Shown: positions 7,598-17,942 of the stretch, one piece after another | How positions within the stretch are numbered: the stretch's first letter is position 1 | Layout: each line of letters starts with the position of its first letter | Virus record (IMG/VR): IMGVR_UViG_3300012936_000109 | Location: 1 to 29,355 of that record | Length of the DNA stretch: 29,355 bases | Reading direction: 5' to 3' (one strand) | From: a virus | Program-made: the position numbers and the translations under genes | Notes under the pieces: model-generated | Database searches by the model: none | Told to the model about the DNA's origin: nothing | The model's input: the letters and a program-made list of their open reading frames with translations, nothing else

Positions 7598-7635
7598 AGT
7601 CTTTTTATATAAGTATAAAATCTGATAAAAAGGTA

Positions 7636-7670
7636 CAAAAAAAAGGAGATACTTATGTCAGATATCTCCT
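7636..7670 (-). terminator. Rho-independent terminator downstream of the 177-aa structural gene
   Basis: The minus strand reads AGGAGATA-(11-nt loop)-TATCTCCT followed directly by UUUUUUUU, which is the A-run at 7637-7643 on the plus strand. Confidence 0.7.
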
Positions 7671-7701
7671 CTTTTCATGAAAAACTATATAAAAACTCCT
7701 A

Positions 7702-8235
7702 TTAGTAAGCTGGAGCTACAGTTAAATTTGTGATATTATCAAATGGATTAGCTGTTCCACTACCTGCAAATCTCATAGGCTCTGGCTCTTGAGATGTAAA
7801 GGTCAAATCGTATCCATTCATGTCACCTAGTGCTGTTCCAGTACTAGCTGTACCAGCTGTCAGCTCAGCTCCATTTGTCTCACCTATCACAAACTGATTA
7901 TTATTATTATCTAGTATATATATCACTAGTCTATTCTGTGCTAATAGTCTGATTTCATCTCTATCAACTCTAGTCAGTTTATGTAATTTTATATTGACAG
8001 CTCCCTCATAAAAGATAGTTCCATTCTCAGGTGCTGACTGTATAGTCTCTGTGAAATTTCCAGTTCCTTTAGCTAACTCATATCTAAATACAGTATCAGC
8101 TGCTATCTCTGTTAGTACTCCATCTGCATCATATGTAGGTGTATAATCAGCTACTGCCTGGAACATTACTGTTCTGATACCTCCGATAAAATCTTTACAG
8201 TCTAACTGTCTACCTGTTGTTAATGTACACGCCAT
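7702..8235 (-). CDS. Abundant virion structural protein, probable major tail (tube) protein
   Basis: It lies directly after the capsid gene and is bracketed by hairpin terminators. Its overall pattern (GGI..., NG...IG...GA.L, D.NGY.L.F) resembles siphovirus tube proteins. This is a memory-based call. Confidence 0.4.
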   Translation of the reverse strand: MACTLTTGRQLDCKDFIGGIRTVMFQAVADYTPTYDADGVLTEIAADTVFRYELAKGTGNFTETIQSAPENGTIFYEGAVNIKLHKLTRVDRDEIRLLAQNRLVIYILDNNNNQFVIGETNGAELTAGTASTGTALGDMNGYDLTFTSQEPEPMRFAGSGTANPFDNITNLTVAPAY

Positions 8236-8261
8236 ATTATTGTTTCTTTTTTAGGTTAAAA

Positions 8262-8286
8262 TAGAGAGGTCCATAGGACCCCTCTA
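8262..8286 (-). terminator. Hairpin terminator/attenuator downstream of the major capsid gene
   Basis: GC-rich stem at 8262-8272/8276-8286 (11 bp with one mismatch, 3-nt loop), followed on the minus strand by AUUUU. Confidence 0.5.
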
Positions 8287-8296
8287 CTATTATTTA

Positions 8297-9223
8297 TTAG
8301 TCATGTCTCACAATATCTCCTCCCTGTGCATGCTGAGTTCCCCCAGTAAATTTAGCAACAACTCTAATATTATTAGAGCCATCTAGGTCAGACATATCTA
8401 AGACTTTAATCTCTGTATGGTCACTGACTAAATCAGTACCAAAGAATAAATTTGACTTCTGTGCTGCACACAATTTATTGTCTGGCATTCCTGGACATAC
8501 AGCTATCTTAATACCATTGTATAATGGTACAAATGCATCATTCATGCTGTATAATTGCTGATATCCTGCATTAGCTTGATTCTGTAGATATAATCTGTAT
8601 GATGTAGGGGACATATAGATGTATAGGTCATCTTTAGTATATACAGCTGATGGTATTGCAGCTGATATTAAACCTAGATTGTCATCTATGTTAGTAGCAT
8701 CAAAAGCTGTACCAGCTCCACCTGCATTATCAGATTCTACTATAGCTGTATCATTCTCAAAGTGACCGTTTCCTGGGTGGAAGAAACCTGTAAACTCTCC
8801 TCCATTTGCACTCAGTCCAGTCCAGATATTAGTCTCTACATGGTCTGCAATAGAGCTAGATAAATGTGACATTAAAAAAGCTGTAAAGTCATCAGATAGA
8901 TTATTGTTGTGAGCTCCTGCTGACATCTGTGCAGCTTGCCACTCAGATAATACATCATTTTTACATAGGTCAATATTAATCTGTAAGTTTTTTGGCTCTA
9001 ATACTCTTTCTGTTAAAGTCACATCTCCTGCGTTTGTAAAATCACAGTTAGCATCAGTGATGAGACCACTAGTAGCTACTTTTGTGATATTTCTTTTGTA
9101 TTTAACATTTTCTAAAATTGTCAAATACTCTAATGATTTAGCCTCTTTCAATGCTGCAGCTATATACTGTCCAGCATGACTACCTGAGTAGTTAGAGGTA
9201 ATTGGTGTTACGAATCCTGGCAT
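8297..9223 (-). CDS. Major capsid protein (HK97 fold)
   Basis: A 308-aa ORF following the protease and scaffold genes, with composition and pattern typical of HK97-like capsid proteins. Confidence 0.75.
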   Translation of the reverse strand: MPGFVTPITSNYSGSHAGQYIAAALKEAKSLEYLTILENVKYKRNITKVATSGLITDANCDFTNAGDVTLTERVLEPKNLQINIDLCKNDVLSEWQAAQMSAGAHNNNLSDDFTAFLMSHLSSSIADHVETNIWTGLSANGGEFTGFFHPGNGHFENDTAIVESDNAGGAGTAFDATNIDDNLGLISAAIPSAVYTKDDLYIYMSPTSYRLYLQNQANAGYQQLYSMNDAFVPLYNGIKIAVCPGMPDNKLCAAQKSNLFFGTDLVSDHTEIKVLDMSDLDGSNNIRVVAKFTGGTQHAQGGDIVRHD

Positions 9224-9241
9224 TTTATTTTAATTTTATGG

Positions 9242-9934
9242 TTATTTAATATTTGATAGATTATACATATATTTATCTCTAGCTGATAGTTTTGCATACT
9301 CAGCTTTAGATATAGTATTTCTAGTAGTATTTTTACTAAACTTTGACATAGTCTCTGGTCTAGTCGCTGGAGCTTTTTCTAGCTCTGCTACCTTTTTTGA
9401 CAGCTCCTCTTTCTCAGCTCTCTCAGACACTACCTCCTCCTCTAGTGTAGCTGTGTTGCCCTCTAGCATTTCTCTCAGCTCATCTATCTGACTTTGCATA
9501 GAGCTGAACATCTCCTTTACAGCATCACTCATTTCCATAATTACTGTATCAGCATCAAACTCTAATTCTGTAGTTTCTTTTATCTTTTTTGGCTGTCTAG
9601 CTGGCTCTGGAGTACTCATCTCCTCCTCATCTGTCTCTGTCTCTACCTCCTCAGCTGGAGCCTCCTCAGTCTCCTCAGTTTCCTCCTCTATTATTTCTGA
9701 TACAATACCCTCCTCCTCTACTTTAAAAGCTATACCACTCTCTGTAGCATATTTGCCGACTGGCAATGGCATGGTTGTACCATCCTCTGTGAGTACAGAA
9801 ACGCTAACTCCAGCCTCTAGAGCATCTGCCTCAGTTGTAATAATTGTACCATCTATCAATTTATCTTGATAGGCTAGTTTTGTCTCTGGTTTATCTATAC
9901 CTAGAGCCAATCTAATCTGTTCCTTTATAGTCAT
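9242..9934 (-). CDS. Scaffolding protein
   Basis: Very acidic (EEETEETEEAPAEEVETETDEEE) with a coiled-coil-like C-terminus. It lies between the protease and capsid genes. Confidence 0.6.
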   Translation of the reverse strand: MTIKEQIRLALGIDKPETKLAYQDKLIDGTIITTEADALEAGVSVSVLTEDGTTMPLPVGKYATESGIAFKVEEEGIVSEIIEEETEETEEAPAEEVETETDEEEMSTPEPARQPKKIKETTELEFDADTVIMEMSDAVKEMFSSMQSQIDELREMLEGNTATLEEEVVSERAEKEELSKKVAELEKAPATRPETMSKFSKNTTRNTISKAEYAKLSARDKYMYNLSNIK

Positions 9935-9973
9935 AATAGTATATGTATTTTATAGTAAATATATAATTAATAA

Positions 9974-10894
9974 TTATTTTCCATTTTCAGCCTTTATTAT
10001 TCTCTCAGCCCATCTCATCATCACATCTCCACCCCATAGATTATAGCTGATAGTACCACAGTCATCATAGTTTCCAGTATCATAGGCTTTGGCTCTTTTT
10101 AGATAGCTGTAGACCCTTTTGACAGTATCAAAGCTGATAGGCTTTCTCTGTTTGATTTGCTGTGCTCTGACTTTCCCAGTTTGAGTTGCACATTTATTTC
10201 CTCTTTTCTCATTTTCTCTGATAGCTCTATCTGCATTATTACTAGCTGATTTTGGATAGTCATTGTATGAGGCTAAATCTAGGATGTCTGCTAGTGCATC
10301 TAGTATATCTACTGGCTTTAGTTTTTTAGGTTTGCTAGTTTTTTTAGACAGTTTGCTCATTTTATCTACAAAGTATCCCTCTATACTATATCCTTTGACT
10401 TCCTGTCTTTTTATCATATCCCATACAGCATCATTATCCACTTTCATAGAAACCATCCATGTCCCTTTAGGAATATTTTTATATCCATATAATCTAGCTT
10501 TATCCATAGCTGTATCCTGCACTATCCAGCTCTCTACTGTAGTAACACCAGCAATCCTCTCATCATGCTCATATGTAGCTGATTTTTGATTATTATGTAT
10601 GAGATACAGCTCAGATGCTCTCTTGACTGTCTTTTCAGAGAAATAGACATAGTACTCATCTCCAGTCTGCTCATCTACTCTATATATCTGTTTATTAGGT
10701 ATCAGAGCTGGACCTACTAATAGCCTCTTTTCCTCATCTACTTTTGCTAGTATTATATTTTGTTTTTTATGTTTGTTTAGTGCTACCCAGTTCTCCTCTA
10801 TAGCTGGAGAATTGACTAGGCTAATTGCATCTATTGCTAACTGAGCCTGGTCATCATCTATGACTAGCTCTACTATTCTGGTTACTTTTTTCAT
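9974..10894 (-). CDS. Prohead serine protease, XkdF-like, with a C-terminal extension domain
   Basis: The N-terminus AISLVNSPAIEENWVALNK...LLVGPALIPNK...YFSEKTV...YEHD resembles the PBSX XkdF (S78_2) family. Its position upstream of the scaffold and capsid genes fits. Confidence 0.55.
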   Translation of the reverse strand: MKKVTRIVELVIDDDQAQLAIDAISLVNSPAIEENWVALNKHKKQNIILAKVDEEKRLLVGPALIPNKQIYRVDEQTGDEYYVYFSEKTVKRASELYLIHNNQKSATYEHDERIAGVTTVESWIVQDTAMDKARLYGYKNIPKGTWMVSMKVDNDAVWDMIKRQEVKGYSIEGYFVDKMSKLSKKTSKPKKLKPVDILDALADILDLASYNDYPKSASNNADRAIRENEKRGNKCATQTGKVRAQQIKQRKPISFDTVKRVYSYLKRAKAYDTGNYDDCGTISYNLWGGDVMMRWAERIIKAENGK

Positions 10895-10905
10895 ATCTAT
10901 AATTT

Positions 10906-12657
10906 TTAAACACTGGCTTTTCGCCTAATTTTATTTAATCTACTCTGGCTATTTGTCATCTCATCAGTAAGAACAAATGCTTTGACTGGCTCTGGAGACA
11001 TCATGTCTAGAGCTCTACCCATATCTGGAGTAGTAGCTCCTCCTCTAGCAAAGCCTACACCTCCACCAGCCATATTTATATTTGATAATAGTGGTCTAAA
11101 TGCTCTAGCTGATTTAGCATTTATGACTACCTCCCCTCTACTTAGTCTAGCTGGTATACTATCACTAGTACCATTTCCATATCCTCTCACTACACCTCCT
11201 CTAGCTTTTGCCTCTGGTATAGGAGTTGATTGTATAGCCATCATAGATTTCATACCAGCTGCTAGTGCTAGTCCAGCATTTATAGGAGCTAGTACTGGAC
11301 CTACTACTGGTATTCCGACTGTAGCATTATATGCTTGCTGAGCTCCTGTAATCATACCTATCATAGCCTCAGCTGTTTTTAGTGCTTTCCATGCTTTTGT
11401 CCCCTCTCCAGCCATCTGTGCTGCCTGTCCAAACGTACTACCTAGTGCATTTAGCTGGTCAGTTTCTAGCTGGAGCTCCATCTCTTTTTCAGCTTTTGCT
11501 AGTGCCTCTCTCTGTCTACTATATTTTTTCTTTATCTCATTTTTTAATACCTCTGCATTCTCTACATTCTCTACAGCTGCTAGCTCCTGTTCCTCTTGAA
11601 ATTGTAGCTGTAGATTTGCTCTCTCAAACTCATCCTCTATGACAGCTAGTGCATTTTCCTGTGTTAGCTGTCTGATTTTATCAGCATTAGATTTGACTTT
11701 ATTTTCTCTCTCTAATGCATCTGCCTCCTCCTGTTTCTTTTTCTCCTCAGCTCTCTTTCTTTCCTCCTCATCTTTAGCCTTTTTATCTGCCTCCTCTTTA
11801 TCTCTCTCTGCCTGTCTTTTATCTGCAAACTCTTTGTTTAATCCATTAAGAAAATTCTGTAAACTAATCTGTCTACCAGCTGCCTCTTGCTGTATATTTG
11901 CTAGCTCTATCTCTGCCTCTGCCAGAGCATCTAGGTCCTCTGCTTTATTTTCTCCAGTTTCCATCTCAGCTTTCATCAGCTCTACTCTCTCCTTTGCTAG
12001 TTTGATTCTCTCATCCTCCAGCTCTTTTTCTTTTGCAAATGCTGTCTCTGCAGCTTTTTTTCTGACATCATATGACTTAGTGATATCCTCTGCTATTAGT
12101 TTCTGCTGTTCTATAAATGCTACACTCTCAGCTGTCTTTACATTTAGGTCTCTCTGTGCATCAGTATTTTTCTGCATAGCATCTGTCAAATTTGCTATAG
12201 TTTTTGCATCCTCAATGACCTCTTTTTTGAATCCTTTTAGTGCTGCCTTTGCATCTTTTGTAGCTCCTTTGAAATCTCCACTCATTAACTTTACTATTGC
12301 TGAGCCTAATTTTCCTATTCTATCTACAATATTTTTCATGACAGAGCCTACTATATTTAGAGCCTTTTGTAATTGTTCTGCACCTTTTTTTGTTTGTGTA
12401 AAATATGCTACAAGTGAGCCTATAGCTACTACAAAGGCACCTATACCAGTGCTGAGTAGACCAGCTTTGATACTACCAAACATCACTTTGGCTGTAGTTT
12501 TTACTTTGAGCATGGCTTTATTTACAGCTCTCATAGATGCACCCCAGATAGTAGTATCTTTTTGTGCATCTTTTGTAGCTTTCCCTACTTTCTCTATATC
12601 TTTCCTAGCCTCTACAGCATCAGTAATCAGATTTAATATTATTTGTTCTGCCACCAT
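10906..12657 (-). CDS. Tape-measure-like protein (TM segment, long E/K coiled coil, conserved C-terminal motif)
   Basis: It has the hydrophobic GLLSTGIGAFVVAIGSLVAYF segment and a long charged coiled coil. The C-terminal GNGTSDSIPARLSRGEVVINA motif is common in tape-measure and internal virion proteins. Confidence 0.6.
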   Translation of the reverse strand: MVAEQIILNLITDAVEARKDIEKVGKATKDAQKDTTIWGASMRAVNKAMLKVKTTAKVMFGSIKAGLLSTGIGAFVVAIGSLVAYFTQTKKGAEQLQKALNIVGSVMKNIVDRIGKLGSAIVKLMSGDFKGATKDAKAALKGFKKEVIEDAKTIANLTDAMQKNTDAQRDLNVKTAESVAFIEQQKLIAEDITKSYDVRKKAAETAFAKEKELEDERIKLAKERVELMKAEMETGENKAEDLDALAEAEIELANIQQEAAGRQISLQNFLNGLNKEFADKRQAERDKEEADKKAKDEEERKRAEEKKKQEEADALERENKVKSNADKIRQLTQENALAVIEDEFERANLQLQFQEEQELAAVENVENAEVLKNEIKKKYSRQREALAKAEKEMELQLETDQLNALGSTFGQAAQMAGEGTKAWKALKTAEAMIGMITGAQQAYNATVGIPVVGPVLAPINAGLALAAGMKSMMAIQSTPIPEAKARGGVVRGYGNGTSDSIPARLSRGEVVINAKSARAFRPLLSNINMAGGGVGFARGGATTPDMGRALDMMSPEPVKAFVLTDEMTNSQSRLNKIRRKASV

Positions 12658-12821
12658 TTTTTATCTAGTTTATATTTACCATTTATATTCTCATCATCTA
12701 TACTATACATCAGTGGTAGAGCTGACTTTAAGCACTCTATACCGATTAGTATATTTTTTTTAATTATGTTTAGTATGTCTCTATCCATGTTTTTTGCCTG
12801 TTTTTATCGCATCTAACGTAT

Positions 12822-13706
12822 TTACTCACTACTTAAGCTAGTACTACTCCGAAACTCTGTAAAGTCCACTGTAGCTGTCCATTCTATAGCCTTTCCAGTT
12901 TCCCCTCTAACTGTAATTTTAAAATGTGTACCAGATGTAGCTGCTGTAGGTCTCCAGTTTGATACAGAGCCATGATTTGACATAGTTTTTCTAGTCCTTT
13001 TTATCTGCATAATACCAGCTCTATTTATGATTACACCTCTCTCTAACCAGCTACAAAAATCTCCAACACCTCCACCCTCAGCCTCACTAGATGTACATAC
13101 AGCTACTACAGATGCATTGAAATACATGATGCTATTAGTAGGTACTGGATAAAAGTTTGTACCATCATTATTTATATGACTATTGATAGTACCACCAGTT
13201 GTAGATGTCACTCCAAATAGCACTCTAGTATACTGTCTCTCTCCTAATATATCCTCCTCTAGACTACCTCCATGTACATAGTGATTAGCTATAGTAGCAT
13301 TTGCTCTAGTTCCCATGATAGTGCTATTCACACACCCTCTATTTACCTCTCCAAATGTACCATTGACAGCACAGTTAGTACTCTCATTTAGTGAGTTATT
13401 TTTACCATTTATATGTCTACCTATTAGGTCTATATCTACTGCATTTCTAAACCCTGTATCATTAGTAGTATTGATAGCTCTAGTACTCATATAGTCAAAT
13501 GTACCAGCACTCTTGCACAGACACTCATTAGTATCATCATTATATCTAAACCCATATGCTAGACACTCCTCCTTTGTAGGAGTAGTCTCTGTCAGCTCTA
13601 GCTGGTCTGGTCCCTCTGCAGCTTTTCTAGTATAGTGCTCAAATATAACTATACCATCCTCTTTGATTACTTTTGGTCTTTTTGTTTGGTCTATTTTAAA
13701 TCTCAT
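12822..13706 (-). CDS. Putative tail fibre/receptor-binding protein
   Basis: N/G/T-rich short repeats (NGKNNSLNESTNCAVNGTFGEVNRGCVNSTIMGTRANATI) suggest a beta-helical fibre-like fold. It sits in the tail module. Confidence 0.35.
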   Translation of the reverse strand: MRFKIDQTKRPKVIKEDGIVIFEHYTRKAAEGPDQLELTETTPTKEECLAYGFRYNDDTNECLCKSAGTFDYMSTRAINTTNDTGFRNAVDIDLIGRHINGKNNSLNESTNCAVNGTFGEVNRGCVNSTIMGTRANATIANHYVHGGSLEEDILGERQYTRVLFGVTSTTGGTINSHINNDGTNFYPVPTNSIMYFNASVVAVCTSSEAEGGGVGDFCSWLERGVIINRAGIMQIKRTRKTMSNHGSVSNWRPTAATSGTHFKITVRGETGKAIEWTATVDFTEFRSSTSLSSE

Positions 13707-13707
13707 A

Positions 13708-15951
13708 TTACAGATTTTTGATAGTGATAAACTCTACTTTAGCTGAGTTGATTCCATTATATTCTATTTTTTTTACTCTATATTTTACTCCAGATATAGT
13801 CACTACATCATTAAATCTAAATCTCTCTATCTCATTTCCAGATAGCTGTAGATTCATCCTCACTAGTCTAGTATTTTTGTGATATAACTCATCTATATAT
13901 GCACTCCAGTACTGATTAAATAGTCCTAATAGTACAGCTCCAGCTCCAGGATAGTACTCTACTACTCCATAATCTACACTGAGTACACCAGCTCCAGCTG
14001 CTGGAAATGTATTAGCTGGAGAGAATAGTAGATAGTCATAGTAATAATCATGTGTGCTACCTGCATATGGAGCACTAGTACCATATCCTATAGTAGATGT
14101 TTGTACTCCATTATCATACAGTATCCTCATCACATTTGACCATCCTAGCTCTCCTGCCTCATTCATGATTTGTGGAGCATATAGGTCTGTACCAAAATGA
14201 TATAGGCACTCTGTACTAGCTATATCTTTTGTCTCTACTAGGTCCTCTTGCTCATCATATAGGTCATCTCCACTCTCAAATTTATATGGATATTTCCACT
14301 CATTAGGTTTGTTGTATAGTCTAGTAATAACATCATCACTATCCTCACTATGTCTAAATGTGATATCCTTTGCTAGTCCCTCTATTGGTAGTATTTGTAT
14401 CTCACTAGTATCTACTTTTTTTGTCCAGTCATGCTGAGCTCCACTATCCACCCAGTCATCATATGGCTCTATCTGTATGATAGTTGGGTCATCCTCATCT
14501 GGTAATAGTACTAGATTAAACATAGTAATTAAATTTTTACAGAATTCCCACTGTGATATCTCTCCTCTAGGTCCACTCAGAACATCAGTAAGCTGCACTT
14601 GGCTTCTAGTCATGTCATACGTTATGAAACCATAGGCATGTGGGTCTCCAGATGCATTTTCATCAGCTAATTCTACACCATATGTAGTACCAGCATTTAG
14701 ATTTTCTACCATATACTCTACATACAGTCTATCTCCCTCATCTACCTCTATTATCTGTGTAAATGGATTTGTGGACCAGCTCCTCTGTGAATAGTTATTA
14801 TACTGTGCATTAGATAGATTATTTATAGTTCTAGTTTGCATCTGTGCAGCAACAGTAGTAGTACCAGCACTGTTATCAAAGTGCATCACTCTACAAGTCA
14901 TAGATATTGTATCACTACTATTTACAGCCATAGTCCCTCTACACCATAGGTTTAGCATTACATATACTGTAGTAGCACCAAACCCAACTGGTACCTGTAT
15001 CTCATCAGATGTAGCATTGTAGTATGTAGGCATAGGAAATGCACTACTAGAGCCATATATAGTAGATGTAAATGCTGGTAGTTTCTCATATGATGTAGCT
15101 GTACCAGCTGTATGATTTTTTAGATTAGGCTGTATTGGGTCTCTCCTCTGCTCTCTACCACTACCCATTAGTCCATTTACTGCTGCAAAATCTGCATATA
15201 ATTTTTTCCATGCATCTGTAGTCAAAAATGTAGACTGTATAGAGTATCCAGCATTTTTGATTATAGTCCTAAATAGGTAGTCTACCTGTATCCAGGGTCT
15301 ATGTACATACTGGTGTTGCATTGTCATAGTAGATGTTGGTATACTAGGTACATCTATATATGATACTCCAGTAGTTGCATTAGTCTCAAATACTACATCT
15401 GGGCTATATCTAACCCATGGATATTTTACTGTATTACCATCTCTAAAACCATTAGCATGTGGTGCATTAGAATATGTTAGACCAGTAGTCCAGCTAGCCT
15501 GTATATTAGTCTCATCATAGTCATGTTTGAGCTCTGCTAAATCTAGGTCTCTCAGTATAGCCTCTGATAGTGTATCTTTAATATTTACTATGTCAGAGAA
15601 TATAGTGATTTCATATGCTATCTGTTTATTAGATTTGACAGTAACTCCATTGAGCTGTAGCCATCCCTCAAATATAACATGAGTATTTTTACTGACCTCA
15701 CATCTAGTCCTCTTATGTGGGTCAAAATCTCCATCAACTTTTACATTATACATATATGTAAAAAAGATATTATTTGACTGTGTACCTGGCACCTCAAATG
15801 ATTTAGAGTATGAGCTAGTCCTCTCTGCAATATTAGTATAGTCATCAGCATTAAATACCATAGGTATTGGCTCATCCTGGTATAAATGTATCTGGACCAT
15901 GTGCCCTGGAAAAGATGCATTGTTTGATGAAACTGCTCTTAGTGTAATCAT
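13708..15951 (-). CDS. Large tail/baseplate structural protein (747 aa)
   Basis: Called from size and position in the tail module. I recognise no catalytic motif. Confidence 0.4.
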   Translation of the reverse strand: MITLRAVSSNNASFPGHMVQIHLYQDEPIPMVFNADDYTNIAERTSSYSKSFEVPGTQSNNIFFTYMYNVKVDGDFDPHKRTRCEVSKNTHVIFEGWLQLNGVTVKSNKQIAYEITIFSDIVNIKDTLSEAILRDLDLAELKHDYDETNIQASWTTGLTYSNAPHANGFRDGNTVKYPWVRYSPDVVFETNATTGVSYIDVPSIPTSTMTMQHQYVHRPWIQVDYLFRTIIKNAGYSIQSTFLTTDAWKKLYADFAAVNGLMGSGREQRRDPIQPNLKNHTAGTATSYEKLPAFTSTIYGSSSAFPMPTYYNATSDEIQVPVGFGATTVYVMLNLWCRGTMAVNSSDTISMTCRVMHFDNSAGTTTVAAQMQTRTINNLSNAQYNNYSQRSWSTNPFTQIIEVDEGDRLYVEYMVENLNAGTTYGVELADENASGDPHAYGFITYDMTRSQVQLTDVLSGPRGEISQWEFCKNLITMFNLVLLPDEDDPTIIQIEPYDDWVDSGAQHDWTKKVDTSEIQILPIEGLAKDITFRHSEDSDDVITRLYNKPNEWKYPYKFESGDDLYDEQEDLVETKDIASTECLYHFGTDLYAPQIMNEAGELGWSNVMRILYDNGVQTSTIGYGTSAPYAGSTHDYYYDYLLFSPANTFPAAGAGVLSVDYGVVEYYPGAGAVLLGLFNQYWSAYIDELYHKNTRLVRMNLQLSGNEIERFRFNDVVTISGVKYRVKKIEYNGINSAKVEFITIKNL

Positions 15952-17406
15952 TTACTGTATATTTAGTGATGATAATTGATTCTGTTGTACATTTACATAT
16001 CCATCTACCTCCAGCTCTATTTCATACTGTGCTACTTTATCGTTTGCTCTAGTATACCTCTCATATCTATTTGTAGATAGCGTTACACCTCTAGTATAGT
16101 CAAACTCTGTACCAGGTCCATCAGCTCCAGTATCTGCATTATTATAACTACCTAATATATACACTGTAGGAGATGTAAATAGCTCCTCTAACCAGACAGA
16201 TGTAGCATCATCAACCCAGTCTGTATTGACTGTGATAGTCTCTTTAGCTGATACATTGATAGTGTTATTTGACCTATGTGTTGGTAGTACCTGCATCCAC
16301 AGTACCTGTGAGCCTCTAGCCTGCTCTGTATTTTCTCTCTTTATATCTAGCTCTCTATATGATTTTTTAGTAAAATTATAATAGTCCCATGTACCATGTC
16401 TATTTACCCAGCATAGTCTTATACTCTCATATCCTTTACAGTCATCCTCCATACGTTTAAATGTGTACTGTAGTGACTTATATCCACTACCATTATGTAG
16501 ACCTATAGTATACTCTGTAGCATTATTTGTAATCCACTGTATATTAAATGTAGCATTGTTTATCAGATTAGCTGGTCCACAACCAAAGTACTGTAGCATT
16601 TTGTATGAGCTAGTCATAGTACTATCTGTAGAGCCATCATACATACTATCTGTCATATCTATAGTCTGACCGTTTATCTCTATTCTCATCCTATCCCATG
16701 TAGCATTTACACCATTTTGTAATCCAGATAATGTGCCTACAGTCATATAATCTCCATCTCTGACATACTGTGTAGTTGGTGCATTTGATAGAAAATGTGC
16801 TGAGGGTTGATTAGGAAAAAATGGACCTCCATATAGTGGTAGAAATGTTTGGAGCTCTACACCTCCTGTAAACGTACCAGTACCTCCATAGGCATGTGAG
16901 TTCCTTTGTGCATTATTAGGCACTGTACCATTCCAGCAAGCCATCTCATTATGTCTGATTAAATCTGGATATATCACAGCTGGGTCTGTAGCTGTAGGTG
17001 CATACATCTCTCCAAATCTGACATCAAATCTAACCATATTATAATTATTTAGTGACCACTGGTCTATCAAATGGATAGGTATAGTATCATAGTGATTGAA
17101 TGTCCATGTCTGACTATGACCTTTAAATTTAGGCTCAAACCCAGACTGTCCAGTACTACCTAGATTGTCTGTCTGTACATGCTGTTCTAGTATGTCTCTG
17201 ATATTTACATTACCATATCCAAATATTGCTGGAGAGATTTTTAGTCTAGCATCTATGACATTAGATGCTGAAAAATTGTATATATGCACATCTACTATAT
17301 ATTTAAATTTAGGTAGTGCTACGTTTGTGCTAGTCACTACAAAATTCCAGTCCTGTCCAGCTGGTCCCACTTTATTTAGTGGTGTTTTCATTATCGTTAT
17401 TGCCAT
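15952..17406 (-). CDS. Tail/baseplate structural protein (484 aa)
   Basis: Called from size and position. It abuts the 747-aa gene with no intergenic base. Confidence 0.4.
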   Translation of the reverse strand: MAITIMKTPLNKVGPAGQDWNFVVTSTNVALPKFKYIVDVHIYNFSASNVIDARLKISPAIFGYGNVNIRDILEQHVQTDNLGSTGQSGFEPKFKGHSQTWTFNHYDTIPIHLIDQWSLNNYNMVRFDVRFGEMYAPTATDPAVIYPDLIRHNEMACWNGTVPNNAQRNSHAYGGTGTFTGGVELQTFLPLYGGPFFPNQPSAHFLSNAPTTQYVRDGDYMTVGTLSGLQNGVNATWDRMRIEINGQTIDMTDSMYDGSTDSTMTSSYKMLQYFGCGPANLINNATFNIQWITNNATEYTIGLHNGSGYKSLQYTFKRMEDDCKGYESIRLCWVNRHGTWDYYNFTKKSYRELDIKRENTEQARGSQVLWMQVLPTHRSNNTINVSAKETITVNTDWVDDATSVWLEELFTSPTVYILGSYNNADTGADGPGTEFDYTRGVTLSTNRYERYTRANDKVAQYEIELEVDGYVNVQQNQLSSLNIQ

Positions 17407-17417
17407 ATCATATATAT

Positions 17418-17942
17418 TTATAATGTACTAGTAGTAGCTCTCAAAAACTTTGCAACGTCAGAGGCATACATAGATATGACCTCCTGTGGTAGTCTTTTAT
17501 AGTGCATATTAAATGCATCTCTAAAAAAGAATCTTGGCTTGATACCTTTCTCCTTTATTTTTCTGCCTATGAGATATGCTGCACTACTAATATTTCTATC
17601 ATTTTTTTCTATAAATTTCCCACTAGATAGGTCTCTCAATCTCAGTGGCTTTATCTTTATCCAGTTTTTTAGCACACTAGGAGGTGGCTGTTTAGCACCT
17701 TTTCTCCTACCATACTCTACATATTTCCAGTGCTCAGCTGCTCCAAACTGGAGCTCTACAGCTCCACTAGGATATACTTTTAGATAGTATCCTAGGCTCT
17801 TTGACAGTGTTTTATTCTTAGTATTAGCTGGTCCTTTTCTACCATCTTTCCTCTTTGCTAGATTACTCTTGGCTCTAGCTACTACTTTTTGAGCAAATCT
17901 GTCTAGTGCTTTCTCTGTTTGTTTTAGCTGTAGCTTTTTCAT
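17418..17942 (-). CDS. HK97 gp10-like head-tail joining / tail completion protein
   Basis: TLSKSLGYYL...HWKYVEYGRRKG...IKPRFFFRDAF matches the gp10-family pattern (Y..YVE.G ... PF..DA). Confidence 0.55.
   Translation of the reverse strand: MKKLQLKQTEKALDRFAQKVVARAKSNLAKRKDGRKGPANTKNKTLSKSLGYYLKVYPSGAVELQFGAAEHWKYVEYGRRKGAKQPPPSVLKNWIKIKPLRLRDLSSGKFIEKNDRNISSAAYLIGRKIKEKGIKPRFFFRDAFNMHYKRLPQEVISMYASDVAKFLRATTSTL

Noticed and set aside
11639-12763. 374-aa plus-strand ORF, with 10982-11341 and 11382-11642, antisense to the tape-measure-like gene
   Set aside because: The translation is low-complexity S/L/F/A-rich and mirrors the E/K-rich coiled-coil codons on the other strand. It has no start context or motifs, and the region is fully occupied by a convincing minus-strand gene.
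12639-12788. A 49-aa minus-strand ORF (MDRDILNIIKKNILIGIECLKSALPLMYSIDDENINGKYKLDKKWWQNK) in the gap upstream of the tape-measure-like gene
   Set aside because: It would fill the 164-nt gap and overlap the next start by 19 nt. It has no motif, TM segment or coupling signal, so it is too weak to call without comparative data.
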